Part shown: piece after piece, positions 1 through 8,615 of the stretch
Layout of the letters: each line of letters opens with the position of its first letter
How positions within the stretch are numbered: the stretch's first letter is position 1
NCBI GenBank assembly: GCA_965205945.1
Contig: CBDBIB010000001.1
Location: forward strand, 320,001-384,000
Direction of reading: 5' to 3'
Length of the DNA stretch: 64,000 bases
From: Bdellovibrionales bacterium
Lineage (GTDB): Bacteria; Bdellovibrionota; Bdellovibrionia; Bdellovibrionales; UBA1609
Translations under genes and position numbers: made by a program
The notes under the pieces: generated by a model
What the model was told of the DNA's origin: nothing
Database searches by the model: none
The model's input: the letters and a program-made list of their open reading frames with translations, nothing else

Positions 1-503
1 TTTTTATCTACTGCAGAAAAGCTTGCTTGTTCATCAATAGATAAGATACTTGCTGGCTTTGCCTGATTCACAAGGCTGTGATATTCCTCTATGGTAATCT
101 TCATATAATCAGCAACTTCATAATCCTCAGGACTTCTGCCTAACTGAGACTCTAGTTTATAAGCGGCTCTATCTAAAGCTTTCGCCTTATCTCTTATTGA
201 CCTAGGAACCCAATCTTGTGCCCTAAGCTCATCAAGAATTGAACCTCTAATTCTAAACTCTGCATAAGTTTTAAATTTATTATCTCTAGTTTGATCATAT
301 TTATCTATTGCATCCATTAGACCAATTACACCACTAGAAATTAAATCATCTAATTCAATATTTGCAGGAAGTCTCATTGAAATCTTTTGAGCTATAAACT
401 TAATAAGCGGTGCATACTCGGCTATAATTATATTTTTTTGTGCTAATGTTAAAGTTCCACCATTCTTTATTTTTAATCTCTTTATTAAAGACATTTCTGA
501 CAT
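1..503 (-). CDS. fliA: RNA polymerase sigma-28 factor (3' end outside window; not in ORF track)
   Basis: Hand translation MSEMSLIKRL...EYAPLIKFIAQKISMRLPANIELDDLISSGVIGLMDAIDKYD...FKTYAEFRIRGSILDELRAQDWVPRS. The DELRxxDWVPRS motif is diagnostic of FliA/WhiG. GTGGGG lies upstream of the ATG. Confidence 0.93.
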   Translation of the reverse strand, partial: MSEMSLIKRLKIKNGGTLTLAQKNIIIAEYAPLIKFIAQKISMRLPANIELDDLISSGVIGLMDAIDKYDQTRDNKFKTYAEFRIRGSILDELRAQDWVPRSIRDKAKALDRAAYKLESQLGRSPEDYEVADYMKITIEEYHSLVNQAKPASILSIDEQASFSAVDK

Positions 504-673
504 ATATTTTCCCCACTTCATATTAATAATATCAAACTAAATTAATTTTAAAAAAAATATGCACTTCTTTTTATAATAAAAAAATACGCTCACCTCATAA
601 ACCCCTTTAAAATCTAGATTTTCCTTTAAAACTCTAAATCGTCTAAAAGTTAATCAACTGTTGCAAATCTGTT

Positions 674-982
674 TTAAGATATTTTTTTCTCGTTCTCTGG
701 CATAAACAACCTGTCCTTATCTTCTTTTCTTTCTTTTGATAAAATCATCATCTTATAATCATCCACATCATCAAGGCCAAGAGATTGAATAAATTTTACA
801 TCCTTTTTATCTTTAAGAAACAAGAATTCATCTGATTCAATTCTAAGAGCAAAAAATTCTTTATCCTCTGCCTGCTCACGAGAAACAACATTTATTTTAA
901 TTTCTTTTTGTTTAAAAAAAGCTAAAAATAAACCTAAAAATAACACAATAGATGTACCTAAAACTGCATACATAAAAAACAT
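674..982 (-). CDS. Small membrane protein, possibly divergent FliO-like
   Basis: N-terminal TM helix followed by a beta-rich segment (IKINVVSRE...FALRIESDEFLF) resembling the FliO cytoplasmic domain. Lies between fliL-like and fliA. Confidence 0.45.
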   Translation of the reverse strand: MFFMYAVLGTSIVLFLGLFLAFFKQKEIKINVVSREQAEDKEFFALRIESDEFLFLKDKKDVKFIQSLGLDDVDDYKMMILSKERKEDKDRLFMPENEKKIS

Positions 983-983
983 A

Positions 984-1388
984 TTAAATCTCCTCTATCT
1001 TTAAAAGGTTAACTTTAATAAACTTATTTTCAGCAATAAACTCATTTAAAGACGTTAAAATATTTTTTTGAAATCTCCTCTTACCTTTTTCTGTATTAAG
1101 CTGTTTAAGATCATAGTCAGATAAAACAGATATTACTAGATTTTGAACAGCCTCTTTCTGTCCTGCCAAACTTTTCTTTAAACCATTTGCTCCTGAGTAC
1201 TTTAAACTTAACGACATTATTTTAGAACTCTCTTTATCTTGAATTTTAACTATAAAGGGTTCGGGTTTAATAACTTCAACTGGTAAAATTTCATGAGTGA
1301 AAGAAATTTTTTGTCCTTCTTTTTTTTGATTACATGAAACTCCTATGATTAAAAAAAATATAAAAATAAAATTTTTTAACATATTCAT
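984..1388 (-). CDS. fliL: FliL-like protein with lipobox-like signal (GVSC)
   Basis: C-terminal pattern VQNLVISVLSDYDLKQLNTEKGKRRFQKNILTSLNEF matches the FliL family. N-terminus is hydrophobic. Confidence 0.7.
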   Translation of the reverse strand: MNMLKNFIFIFFLIIGVSCNQKKEGQKISFTHEILPVEVIKPEPFIVKIQDKESSKIMSLSLKYSGANGLKKSLAGQKEAVQNLVISVLSDYDLKQLNTEKGKRRFQKNILTSLNEFIAENKFIKVNLLKIEEI

Positions 1389-1399
1389 GCACTTTATAA

Positions 1400-1415
1400 A
1401 GCAAGCTTAATGCCA
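1400..1415 (-). promoter_or_regulatory. Sigma-54 (-24/-12) promoter
   Basis: Minus strand TGGCAT-TAAGC-TTGCT directly upstream of the fliL-like gene. Confidence 0.7.
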
Positions 1416-2220
1416 ATAAATTATTTAAGTTTTCACAGGCCTTTTATCCTTTAAATAACTATTTCTTATATAAAAACGTGACTTTTTTACTGTCAGTTTT
1501 TCTTCTTTAAGCTCCACACTTTGTTTTTCTTTTTGACAGGACTCTACTTTAATACGACCATAGACTAATTTATCTTAAACCCTTTAAAAATAGACTCTTA
1601 AAGAATTTTAAGCTTTTACTTTAAAAAATAAATTCATTCAATGCACCTCTAAATCCAAACAAAATAAACGTAACATTTCATAAAGGAGCTCTAAACAAGA
1701 GAACTCCTAAACATGATGAATAATATATGCTTAAATCTATTCTTTATTTTAATGATTTCTTAATTAAACCCTTACTCACTAAATGACCAGCAGCTAAGTC
1801 AAAGGCCATACTTGATTTTTCACGATTTAACAAATGATCTTAAAATCACAATAAAAAAGAATGCTAAAAGCCCTCATAGTCTAAAAAAACTCCAAACCCA
1901 ATAGGATCTTTTAATCAAGGTGGTAACGAATATTAAAACCTGCCTCTCTATCTGTTAAAAGATTCAAGATATTAAAATAAGGTTACAAAAAAAGAACTCA
2001 GACGGCATATCCAAGGACGATCGCCAGACTTATACATGCCCACAAAATCCTTAAAATTCAATAGAGTGAGCAATCTTCTTAAGAGTCTTCGAACTCAAAT
2101 CTTTGTCTTAAAAAAAAATCTGCTATTAATATGTTAGCTTCAAATAGTAATATTTGTCTTAAGTAACCTAAAGTCATTTCTAAACCTTAACAGTAAAATT
2201 ATGAACTCTGCAGTCAAAAC

Positions 2221-2284
2221 TTTTTCAGCAAAATCTAATTAGGGTTACAATTTGTAAAATTAGGTTTTTTCAGCAAAAGTCTAA
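2221..2284. repeat. Imperfect direct repeat TTTTTCAGCAAAA(G)TCTAA x2
   Basis: Copies at 2221-2238 and 2266-2284. Confidence 0.5.
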
Positions 2285-2319
2285 GAGGCTAAAGTTCTAC
2301 TTGAAAAACTATAGCAAGA

Positions 2320-2442
2320 GGTAACATCAAAAACATCCCATAAACCGATGTCTTGATCAAAAGAAACTGCACCATAAAACATAAAGCTCATATCAATAAC
2401 GTTAGAGGTGTTCTAGTCAGAAGTGTCAGAGTTAAGCGATTT
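2320..2442 (-). pseudogene. DUF285/BspA-type (PARCEL) surface-repeat fragment
   Basis: Translates [40 protein letters not shown], matching the 25-aa WxTSNVTDMSxMFxGAxSFNQDI repeat. TAG replaces the Trp codon at 2413-2415. Confidence 0.8.
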
Positions 2443-2573
2443 TTACTAAAGCCTACAACTTAAGACTTAAAATGCCCGCTTTAAAAATATAAAACTGCCA
2501 AAGACTCAGTCAGTTATAAATTTTCTTAGAGTAATCAGTAGCTATCTTTTAAAAATTTTGTTAATAGGTTAGA

Positions 2574-4820
2574 ATGACTTTAGATGATCTTACTAAGGGA
2601 TTAAATCCCTCTCAAAAAAAAGCCGTCCTCTCTACAAAGCCTGCACTCATTGTGCTTGCTGGTGCAGGATCTGGAAAAACTCGTGTATTAACCAGAAGAA
2701 TCACACACCTTCTTGCTAAAGGTTTTATTTCCCCAATAGAGTTTTTAGCTGTGACCTTTACAAACAAAGCTTCTCATGAAATGAAAGACCGCATCATCAA
2801 ACTTCTTTTTAACCTAGGTTTCCCCCCTCCTCCTAAAATGTGGATCTCTACATTTCATTCAATGGGTGCAAAAATTTTGCGTGAACATATACATCTACTT
2901 AATTATCCTACCTCCTTTACAATCTATGATGGCGACGATCAGATTAAAACTATTAAAAATATTTTAAAAGAGCTTAATATTAATGATCAATCTATAAATC
3001 CTAAAACAATTCGAGAAGCTATATCAAACGCGAAAGGACAATGTATTTATTGTCATGAAACCAAAAAACTAGAAACTTTTTGGATTATAAAATTTCAAGA
3101 AATCTACGCTTTATATGAGAAAAAACTTTTTGAATCAAAGGCTCTAGATTTTTCAGACCTTCTTTTTAAAACTTATGACCTTTTGCTTTCTTATCCGGAT
3201 GTTTTAAAACCTTATCAAGACCAGTTTAAACATATTCTAGTAGATGAGTATCAAGACACAAATGCTCTTCAATATAAATTGATCAGACTTCTTGCTGGAG
3301 ATAAAAATAATATTTTTGCCGTTGGTGATGAGGATCAGTCTATTTACTCATGGCGAGGAGCAGATATTAACAATATTCAACTCATGGAAAAAGACTTTAC
3401 CGCTCATAAGATAAAACTAGAAACAAATTATCGCTCAACGAAAAATATTGTTGATGCTTCTAATGCTGTTATCCAAAATAACACCCTTAGAAATAAAAAA
3501 ATTCTTACAACTAAAAATCCCCATGGTAGTAAAATTCAAATAAATCAAGCTTTAAATGATTACGATGAAGCTAAAATTGTTGCAAAAAAAATTGAAAAAT
3601 TAATCTTTGAAGGGACAAACCCTAGTGATATTGCAATATTTTATAGACTTAACTCTCAATCAAGAGTTTTAGAGGAACAACTTCGTATGCTTTTAATTTC
3701 TTATAAAATTCTTGGAGGTCTACGCTTTTATGAAAGAAAAGAAATTAAGGATATGCTTGCTTTTATGAAGCTTGCTATAAATCCAAATGATGAAATTTCG
3801 TTGCTTAGAATTATAAATATTCCGGCCAGAGGTATTGGCAAAAAAACAATTCAAACTCTTATTGAATATGCAAAGCAAAACAATATAAATCTCTTTTCTA
3901 CCTTACAGGCTTTAAAAACAACACCTTTACTAAAACCCGGTCCAAAGAAAAAAGTTTTAAATTTTTTAAAAATATTAGAAACTTTGATTGAAATAAAAGA
4001 TAAAACAGCCACCCATGTTTATAGAGAAATTTTATATTTAACTAAATATGTTTTAAATTTAAAAGCTGAAAATAACTCTGAAGCTGATGCAAGAATTGAT
4101 AACCTTGAAGAGTTAGATAATGCTCTTTCACATTTTGAAAAAGAACGAGGAGATGAGGCTACTCTTCTTCAATTTTTAGAAGAAACTGCTCTTATATCCG
4201 ATCTAGATGGTGCTGATTTTAATGTTCCTCAAGTAACATTAATGACCCTGCATGTTTCAAAAGGCTTAGAGTTTGAAAATGTATTTATTGTTGGCCTTGA
4301 AGAGGGTCTACTCCCTTGCGTTCACGGTGACGAAATAAATCAAGACCTTATGGCTGTTGAAGAAGAGCGACGCTTAATGTATGTTGGGATGACACGAACA
4401 AAAAAAAAGCTTCACCTCTCATTTGCTAAATCCAGAAAAGTTTGGGGTCAAGAACAGTTCTATCAACAAAGCCGATTTATCAATGAAATTCCTGATGATT
4501 ATGTAGATAAAAAACTACTCTTCTTACCAAATACTTTTAGCAATAAGTCACAGTCTTTAAAATATAATAACTTTTATGACCTTAAACAAACTGTTAGTAA
4601 CGACCCTTTACCTGACCATGACAGCAATTTTGATAATGAGTTCTTTGATGAGAACGACACTGGCCTTAAAAAAGGAAATAAAGTACGACACCCTATTTTT
4701 GGTACAGGGTCAGTTTTAGAAATCGAAGGCTTTGGAGAACTTATGAAGGTTAAAATTGTATTTTCTGACCGTTCAGTTAAAAAATTTGTAGCTAAATATG
4801 CACGCTTAAAAAGAATCTAA
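2574..4820 (+). CDS. pcrA: UvrD/PcrA family ATP-dependent DNA helicase
   Basis: AGAGSGKT, VTFTNKA, STFHS, VDEYQD, VGDEDQSIYSWRGA, KGLEF, EERRLMYVGMTR, and a C-terminal Tudor-like domain (VRHPIFGTG). Confidence 0.96.
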   Translation: MTLDDLTKGLNPSQKKAVLSTKPALIVLAGAGSGKTRVLTRRITHLLAKGFISPIEFLAVTFTNKASHEMKDRIIKLLFNLGFPPPPKMWISTFHSMGAKILREHIHLLNYPTSFTIYDGDDQIKTIKNILKELNINDQSINPKTIREAISNAKGQCIYCHETKKLETFWIIKFQEIYALYEKKLFESKALDFSDLLFKTYDLLLSYPDVLKPYQDQFKHILVDEYQDTNALQYKLIRLLAGDKNNIFAVGDEDQSIYSWRGADINNIQLMEKDFTAHKIKLETNYRSTKNIVDASNAVIQNNTLRNKKILTTKNPHGSKIQINQALNDYDEAKIVAKKIEKLIFEGTNPSDIAIFYRLNSQSRVLEEQLRMLLISYKILGGLRFYERKEIKDMLAFMKLAINPNDEISLLRIINIPARGIGKKTIQTLIEYAKQNNINLFSTLQALKTTPLLKPGPKKKVLNFLKILETLIEIKDKTATHVYREILYLTKYVLNLKAENNSEADARIDNLEELDNALSHFEKERGDEATLLQFLEETALISDLDGADFNVPQVTLMTLHVSKGLEFENVFIVGLEEGLLPCVHGDEINQDLMAVEEERRLMYVGMTRTKKKLHLSFAKSRKVWGQEQFYQQSRFINEIPDDYVDKKLLFLPNTFSNKSQSLKYNNFYDLKQTVSNDPLPDHDSNFDNEFFDENDTGLKKGNKVRHPIFGTGSVLEIEGFGELMKVKIVFSDRSVKKFVAKYARLKRI

Positions 4821-4850
4821 TTAATTTAAGCTATAAGATGAGTCTAGTGC

Positions 4851-4994
4851 CTATTCAGGATTACTATTTAAAGCAGGTGTTTTTAAAGCTTCTTCTGCAA
4901 AAACAGGCTTTTGAACAAGATCACAATAAGATTTTTTCTTTGATGTGCAGGTCGCAAATATAAGGGTAAAGGATAAAATAATTATTAATCTCAT
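4851..4994 (-). CDS. Small putative lipoprotein, 47 aa (not in ORF track)
   Basis: MRLIIILSFTLIFATCTSKKKSYCDLVQKPVFAEEALKTPALNSNPE*: basic N-terminus, hydrophobic core and lipobox-like FATC. Confidence 0.6.
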   Translation of the reverse strand: MRLIIILSFTLIFATCTSKKKSYCDLVQKPVFAEEALKTPALNSNPE

Positions 4995-5103
4995 AACTTA
5001 TTTTTAAATATTTTTTAAGTAACTACAAGCCTTAATTTTTAAAAAATAAATATAAACAATTTCTTATAGTGACAGATCTTTAAAATATGGTAGACCCATA
5101 ACC

Positions 5104-5478
5104 ATGTTAGAAAAATTATACGGTGAAGTTGCCATAGAAAACAACAAATTAGAAGCTTTTGATAATCGTAATTCTCATAGAGATTATGAAATTGAATTCA
5201 CATGCCCTGAATTTACATGCATTTGCCCTAGATCAGGGTTTCCTGATTTTGCAACAATTCATATTTTATACATTCCAAAAAAAAAGTGTGTAGAACTTAA
5301 ATCTTTAAAACTTTATATTAATCAATTTCGTGATAAAAAGATTTTTCATGAAGACGTAACAAACTTAATTTTAGAGGATTTAATAAAACTTTTAGATCCT
5401 AAATTTATAGAAGTTGTTGCAGATTTCACAATACGAGGTAACATTCATACATTAGTTACAGCTCGCCATAAAGGCTAA
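5104..5478 (+). CDS. queF: NADPH-dependent preQ0 (7-cyano-7-deazaguanine) reductase, type I
   Basis: [29 protein letters not shown] and RGNI motifs. Confidence 0.96.
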   Translation: MLEKLYGEVAIENNKLEAFDNRNSHRDYEIEFTCPEFTCICPRSGFPDFATIHILYIPKKKCVELKSLKLYINQFRDKKIFHEDVTNLILEDLIKLLDPKFIEVVADFTIRGNIHTLVTARHKG

Positions 5479-5486
5479 GCTAATTA

Positions 5487-5563
5487 CCGCTGTTAGCTCA
5501 ACTGGATAGAGTACTGGTCTTCGAAACCAGGGGTTGCAGGTTCGATTCCTGCACAGCGGGCCA
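5487..5563 (+). tRNA. tRNA-Arg(UCG)
   Basis: Cloverleaf: CCGCTGT/ACAGCGG acceptor stem, anticodon arm CTGGT-CT-TCG-AA-ACCAG, GGTTCGATTCC T-arm, encoded CCA. Confidence 0.96.
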
Positions 5564-5698
5564 TTTGTTACGCTATAGAAGCTTAGCATTTAACTCTATT
5601 AAAAAAGTTTGATCTGTCTTTGATAAAAACTTACCCTAAGAAAATAAACGAAATACCTTGTCTAACCCTACTTACTTTTAAAAAACCATTTAAAACTG

Positions 5699-5893
5699 AA
5701 ACTGTGGAGATTAGAGTCTGGTTACTTAAGAAGATCAATTTCTAAAACAGCCATATATCGTTTTAAGAGCATTTTTAGAGGAGCTTTAAGTTTGAAGGAG
5801 TTTAAGAGTCAGTTTAATGAAGCTGCTATTAAATGTAAGATTTTGAACAAATTTTCATGCCCCTTTACTCTTTAAAATTTAAATCACAAAGCC
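5699..5893 (+). mobile_element. IS5-family (IS903 group) transposase C-terminal remnant with decayed right end
   Basis: KLWRLESGYLRRSISKTAIYRFKSIFRGALSLKEFKSQFNEAAIKCKILNKF resembles the WKxxxGYHRRSxxETAMYRFK...QxxEAxxKxxxLN C-terminus. Ends ...AATCACAAAGCC, like an IS903-type IR. Confidence 0.8.
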
Positions 5894-6035
5894 AGTGGCT
5901 TCATGTACAGCAACCCCGATGTAAACTATATGTTTAAAAGAATAAAAACATTGGCAAAGATAATAATCTTATTCATAATAAAATAATAATCAAACGCCAA
6001 CATGGGGTATAAATTCAATAAAAAGGAAGCCTTAA

Positions 6036-6749
6036 ATGTTTAATATCACAGAAACCTCAGGCCTTTGGGCAAAGCAAGAAAATTTTAAACATATCGTCTT
6101 AGCGTCCATTAATAGCACTAATAATTATGCTAAGGAAAATCTAATATCATTTAACCAAAGCCCATACCTAATCTTTACAAATGAACAAACAGCAGGAAGA
6201 GGCCGTAGAGGAAACACATGGGCTTCACCTAAGAAGGGTACTGGACTCTTATGCTCTTTTGTATTTAAAATTAAGACTCCTCCTCAGCCTATTGCCGCTC
6301 CCTGTTTTGGCTGGGCTGTTTATAAGTCCTTAAATGAAACATTTGATGCAAACTTTAACATAAAAGCACCTAATGATATCTATATCAATGACTCTAAAGT
6401 TGGTGGTCTCCTACTTGAATCTGTTTCAAAAGGCGATCAACATCACCTTATTCTAGGCTTAGGACTCAATGTTTTTTCTCACCCTTGCGTGGACAATTCA
6501 AATTCTATTTTAAATTCTATAAAAAACCATGAAATTAAAAAAACTCAATGGACACAATTTTTATCTCACCTTATTTTATTATCTTCTCAAGCTGCAATTA
6601 CAGCACAAGATTCTAAAATTTCTAAAGCTACCCTTAATGAACTAAAACTTGCTCTTAAAAAATACCCCAAAAATAAAATTAAAACCCTACTCGCGAACGG
6701 AAGCCTTAAATTAAATGATGGAACCACTACAAACTGGAGAGATCTCTAA
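6036..6749 (+). CDS. birA: Biotin-protein ligase (no N-terminal HTH)
   Basis: STNNYAK, QTAGRGRRGNTW, KAPNDIY, KVGGLLLE and GLGLNV motifs. Confidence 0.92.
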   Translation: MFNITETSGLWAKQENFKHIVLASINSTNNYAKENLISFNQSPYLIFTNEQTAGRGRRGNTWASPKKGTGLLCSFVFKIKTPPQPIAAPCFGWAVYKSLNETFDANFNIKAPNDIYINDSKVGGLLLESVSKGDQHHLILGLGLNVFSHPCVDNSNSILNSIKNHEIKKTQWTQFLSHLILLSSQAAITAQDSKISKATLNELKLALKKYPKNKIKTLLANGSLKLNDGTTTNWRDL

Positions 6750-7302
6750 TATAGTAAAAAAAATCTTTGGAACTTTTTTACTTTTAATTTTTTCAATCTT
6801 AATCATTTTGTTTTTTAAAACAGGAGCCTATAAATCCGTAAAGGTTATGAAAACTAAACCTCCACAGCTACATATGTTCTATATTAAAAACACAGGCCCT
6901 TATCACCAGATTGTTGAAAAAATCCAAAAAGTTGAAAAAATTTTTAAAAACTTACAATTTCCTTGTAAAAAAACCTTTGGTCACTTTCTAAGTGATTCTA
7001 AAATAATTGACCATAATAAACTTTTAAGTCATGTTGGCTGCGCTTTTTATAAAACAGAGACAAAAAAACTTCCTCAGCTAATAAAAGGCGTTGAAGAAAA
7101 ATTTTTTGGACTCAAATCTAAAGAAAAAATTTGCTATAAGGGAACATTCAAAGGTTCTCCTTCACTAAGTGGAATAAAAATCTACCCCAAGCTTTATAAA
7201 TTAGCACAACAAGATAAGGTTAAACTTAAGCCTGATTCACTTGAAGTCTACACTGTTGATGGTGACAAAGTGACCACAGATGTTTACCTTTGTGAAGAAT
7301 AG
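6718..7302 (+). CDS. Membrane-anchored GyrI-like small-molecule-binding domain protein
   Basis: TM helix, then GPYH...VGC...F.GSP....KIYPKL...SLEVY pattern typical of GyrI-like domains. Confidence 0.6.
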   Translation: MEPLQTGEISNIVKKIFGTFLLLIFSILIILFFKTGAYKSVKVMKTKPPQLHMFYIKNTGPYHQIVEKIQKVEKIFKNLQFPCKKTFGHFLSDSKIIDHNKLLSHVGCAFYKTETKKLPQLIKGVEEKFFGLKSKEKICYKGTFKGSPSLSGIKIYPKLYKLAQQDKVKLKPDSLEVYTVDGDKVTTDVYLCEE

Positions 7303-7451
7303 GTCTTTATTACTGCAGCTTTATACAAAGCTTTCCACAGATTTTATAAAATTTATCGTAACTTATTAAATATTAAATCAAAAATATTAAATTTTATTCT
7401 ATATTAATTAAACCCTTAATTAGAATAAGTTTAACTAGAAATTTAAAAAAA

Positions 7452-8615
7452 CTAAATATATGATTTATTTTTAATTTTCTCTAAAATAATTTTTTCAGGC
7501 ATCAGTGGATCCTTTGGATTTACTGAAAATAAAGACTGCTGCTCACAACGTACTTTATTCTTAATTAAAAATTTTAAAATACCAGCAAGTTTTTGATTCT
7601 TCTTATCTTGAAAAAATGGATCATTTGCTAAAACATCCTTAGCTTTTTTAAGAGCTCTTAATTCAGAGGCATCTTTATCTTTTACTTCATAATAATGAAG
7701 ATCGTATTTTTTAATATCTTCTGGAAGTACACCTAAAAACCTAACTTTGGGGGCAGAAAAATCAGAATTTCTAACCAAACTTGCTGCGGATCCAGCTTTA
7801 AGTGTTCTAAAAATATTTTGCATTGTATATGCATCTAAGTCTCCAAAAAAATATATAGGAATTTTTAATTGATCTTGAATAAGTTTACACCATCCTCTTA
7901 CACCATTTGAAGGAACTCCTTGAGCTCCTAAAAGAACACATTTGTTTCGCTTAGTAAAACCATTTGAAACTAATGTATTTGCTGTACCCTCTGATTCCAC
8001 GACTAAACAAAAGTCAATTTTTGATTTTGCTTTTAATATTAAAGATTGTGGTTTATTCTTAGGTTGAAACGGTGTTGTTCCTAGGGAGTTAAGATTAATA
8101 ACAGCTTTTGTTCCATCTGGTAAAGTCTCTGTCACTTCAAGTTGTTGTGAGTATGTCTGACCTCCACGATCATTAGCAAAACAGTTCATCTCTTCTCTAT
8201 AAGCCTCAAGCATATCAGTGATAAAATCAATAATGGCATCGGATTCTGGTTGATCATCAAAATCAATGGGTTTTAGATCTAAATTAGACTTAACCAAACC
8301 TTTGGCCATATAATAAAGCTCTCTTTTTGTATTCACAGCTCCTGTTTGAACATTAGTTAAAAGGATTTCTAATAAAAAAACTGTTCTGGCTAGCTTTTGA
8401 ACTGAAGAAACATTTAACTCAGATCTAACAACCTTATCTCCAGGGGTTAAATACCCAACCTTAGGATCATACTTAGCATTGTCTAAAGAACATTTAACAG
8501 CATGAAGAATTGGTCTTTTTGCCATCTCTAAATCTTGCAGCATCTTTTGACAAAGCTGTTGAGCTTTTTTAGTAATTTCAATACCTGTTTTAGATTTTCT
8601 AGTTTTTGCAGCCAT
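7452..8615 (-). CDS. top6A: DNA topoisomerase VI subunit A (Spo11-like)
   Basis: TKRELYY catalytic Tyr motif, Toprim LVVESEG, GAQGVP and FGDLDAY. Confidence 0.93.
   Translation of the reverse strand: MAAKTRKSKTGIEITKKAQQLCQKMLQDLEMAKRPILHAVKCSLDNAKYDPKVGYLTPGDKVVRSELNVSSVQKLARTVFLLEILLTNVQTGAVNTKRELYYMAKGLVKSNLDLKPIDFDDQPESDAIIDFITDMLEAYREEMNCFANDRGGQTYSQQLEVTETLPDGTKAVINLNSLGTTPFQPKNKPQSLILKAKSKIDFCLVVESEGTANTLVSNGFTKRNKCVLLGAQGVPSNGVRGWCKLIQDQLKIPIYFFGDLDAYTMQNIFRTLKAGSAASLVRNSDFSAPKVRFLGVLPEDIKKYDLHYYEVKDKDASELRALKKAKDVLANDPFFQDKKNQKLAGILKFLIKNKVRCEQQSLFSVNPKDPLMPEKIILEKIKNKSYI

Noticed and set aside
6718..7302. GyrI-like protein as an inhibitor of the neighbouring Topo VI
   Set aside because: It is convergent, membrane-anchored with a probably periplasmic Cys-containing domain, and GyrI-like folds are mostly ligand binders.
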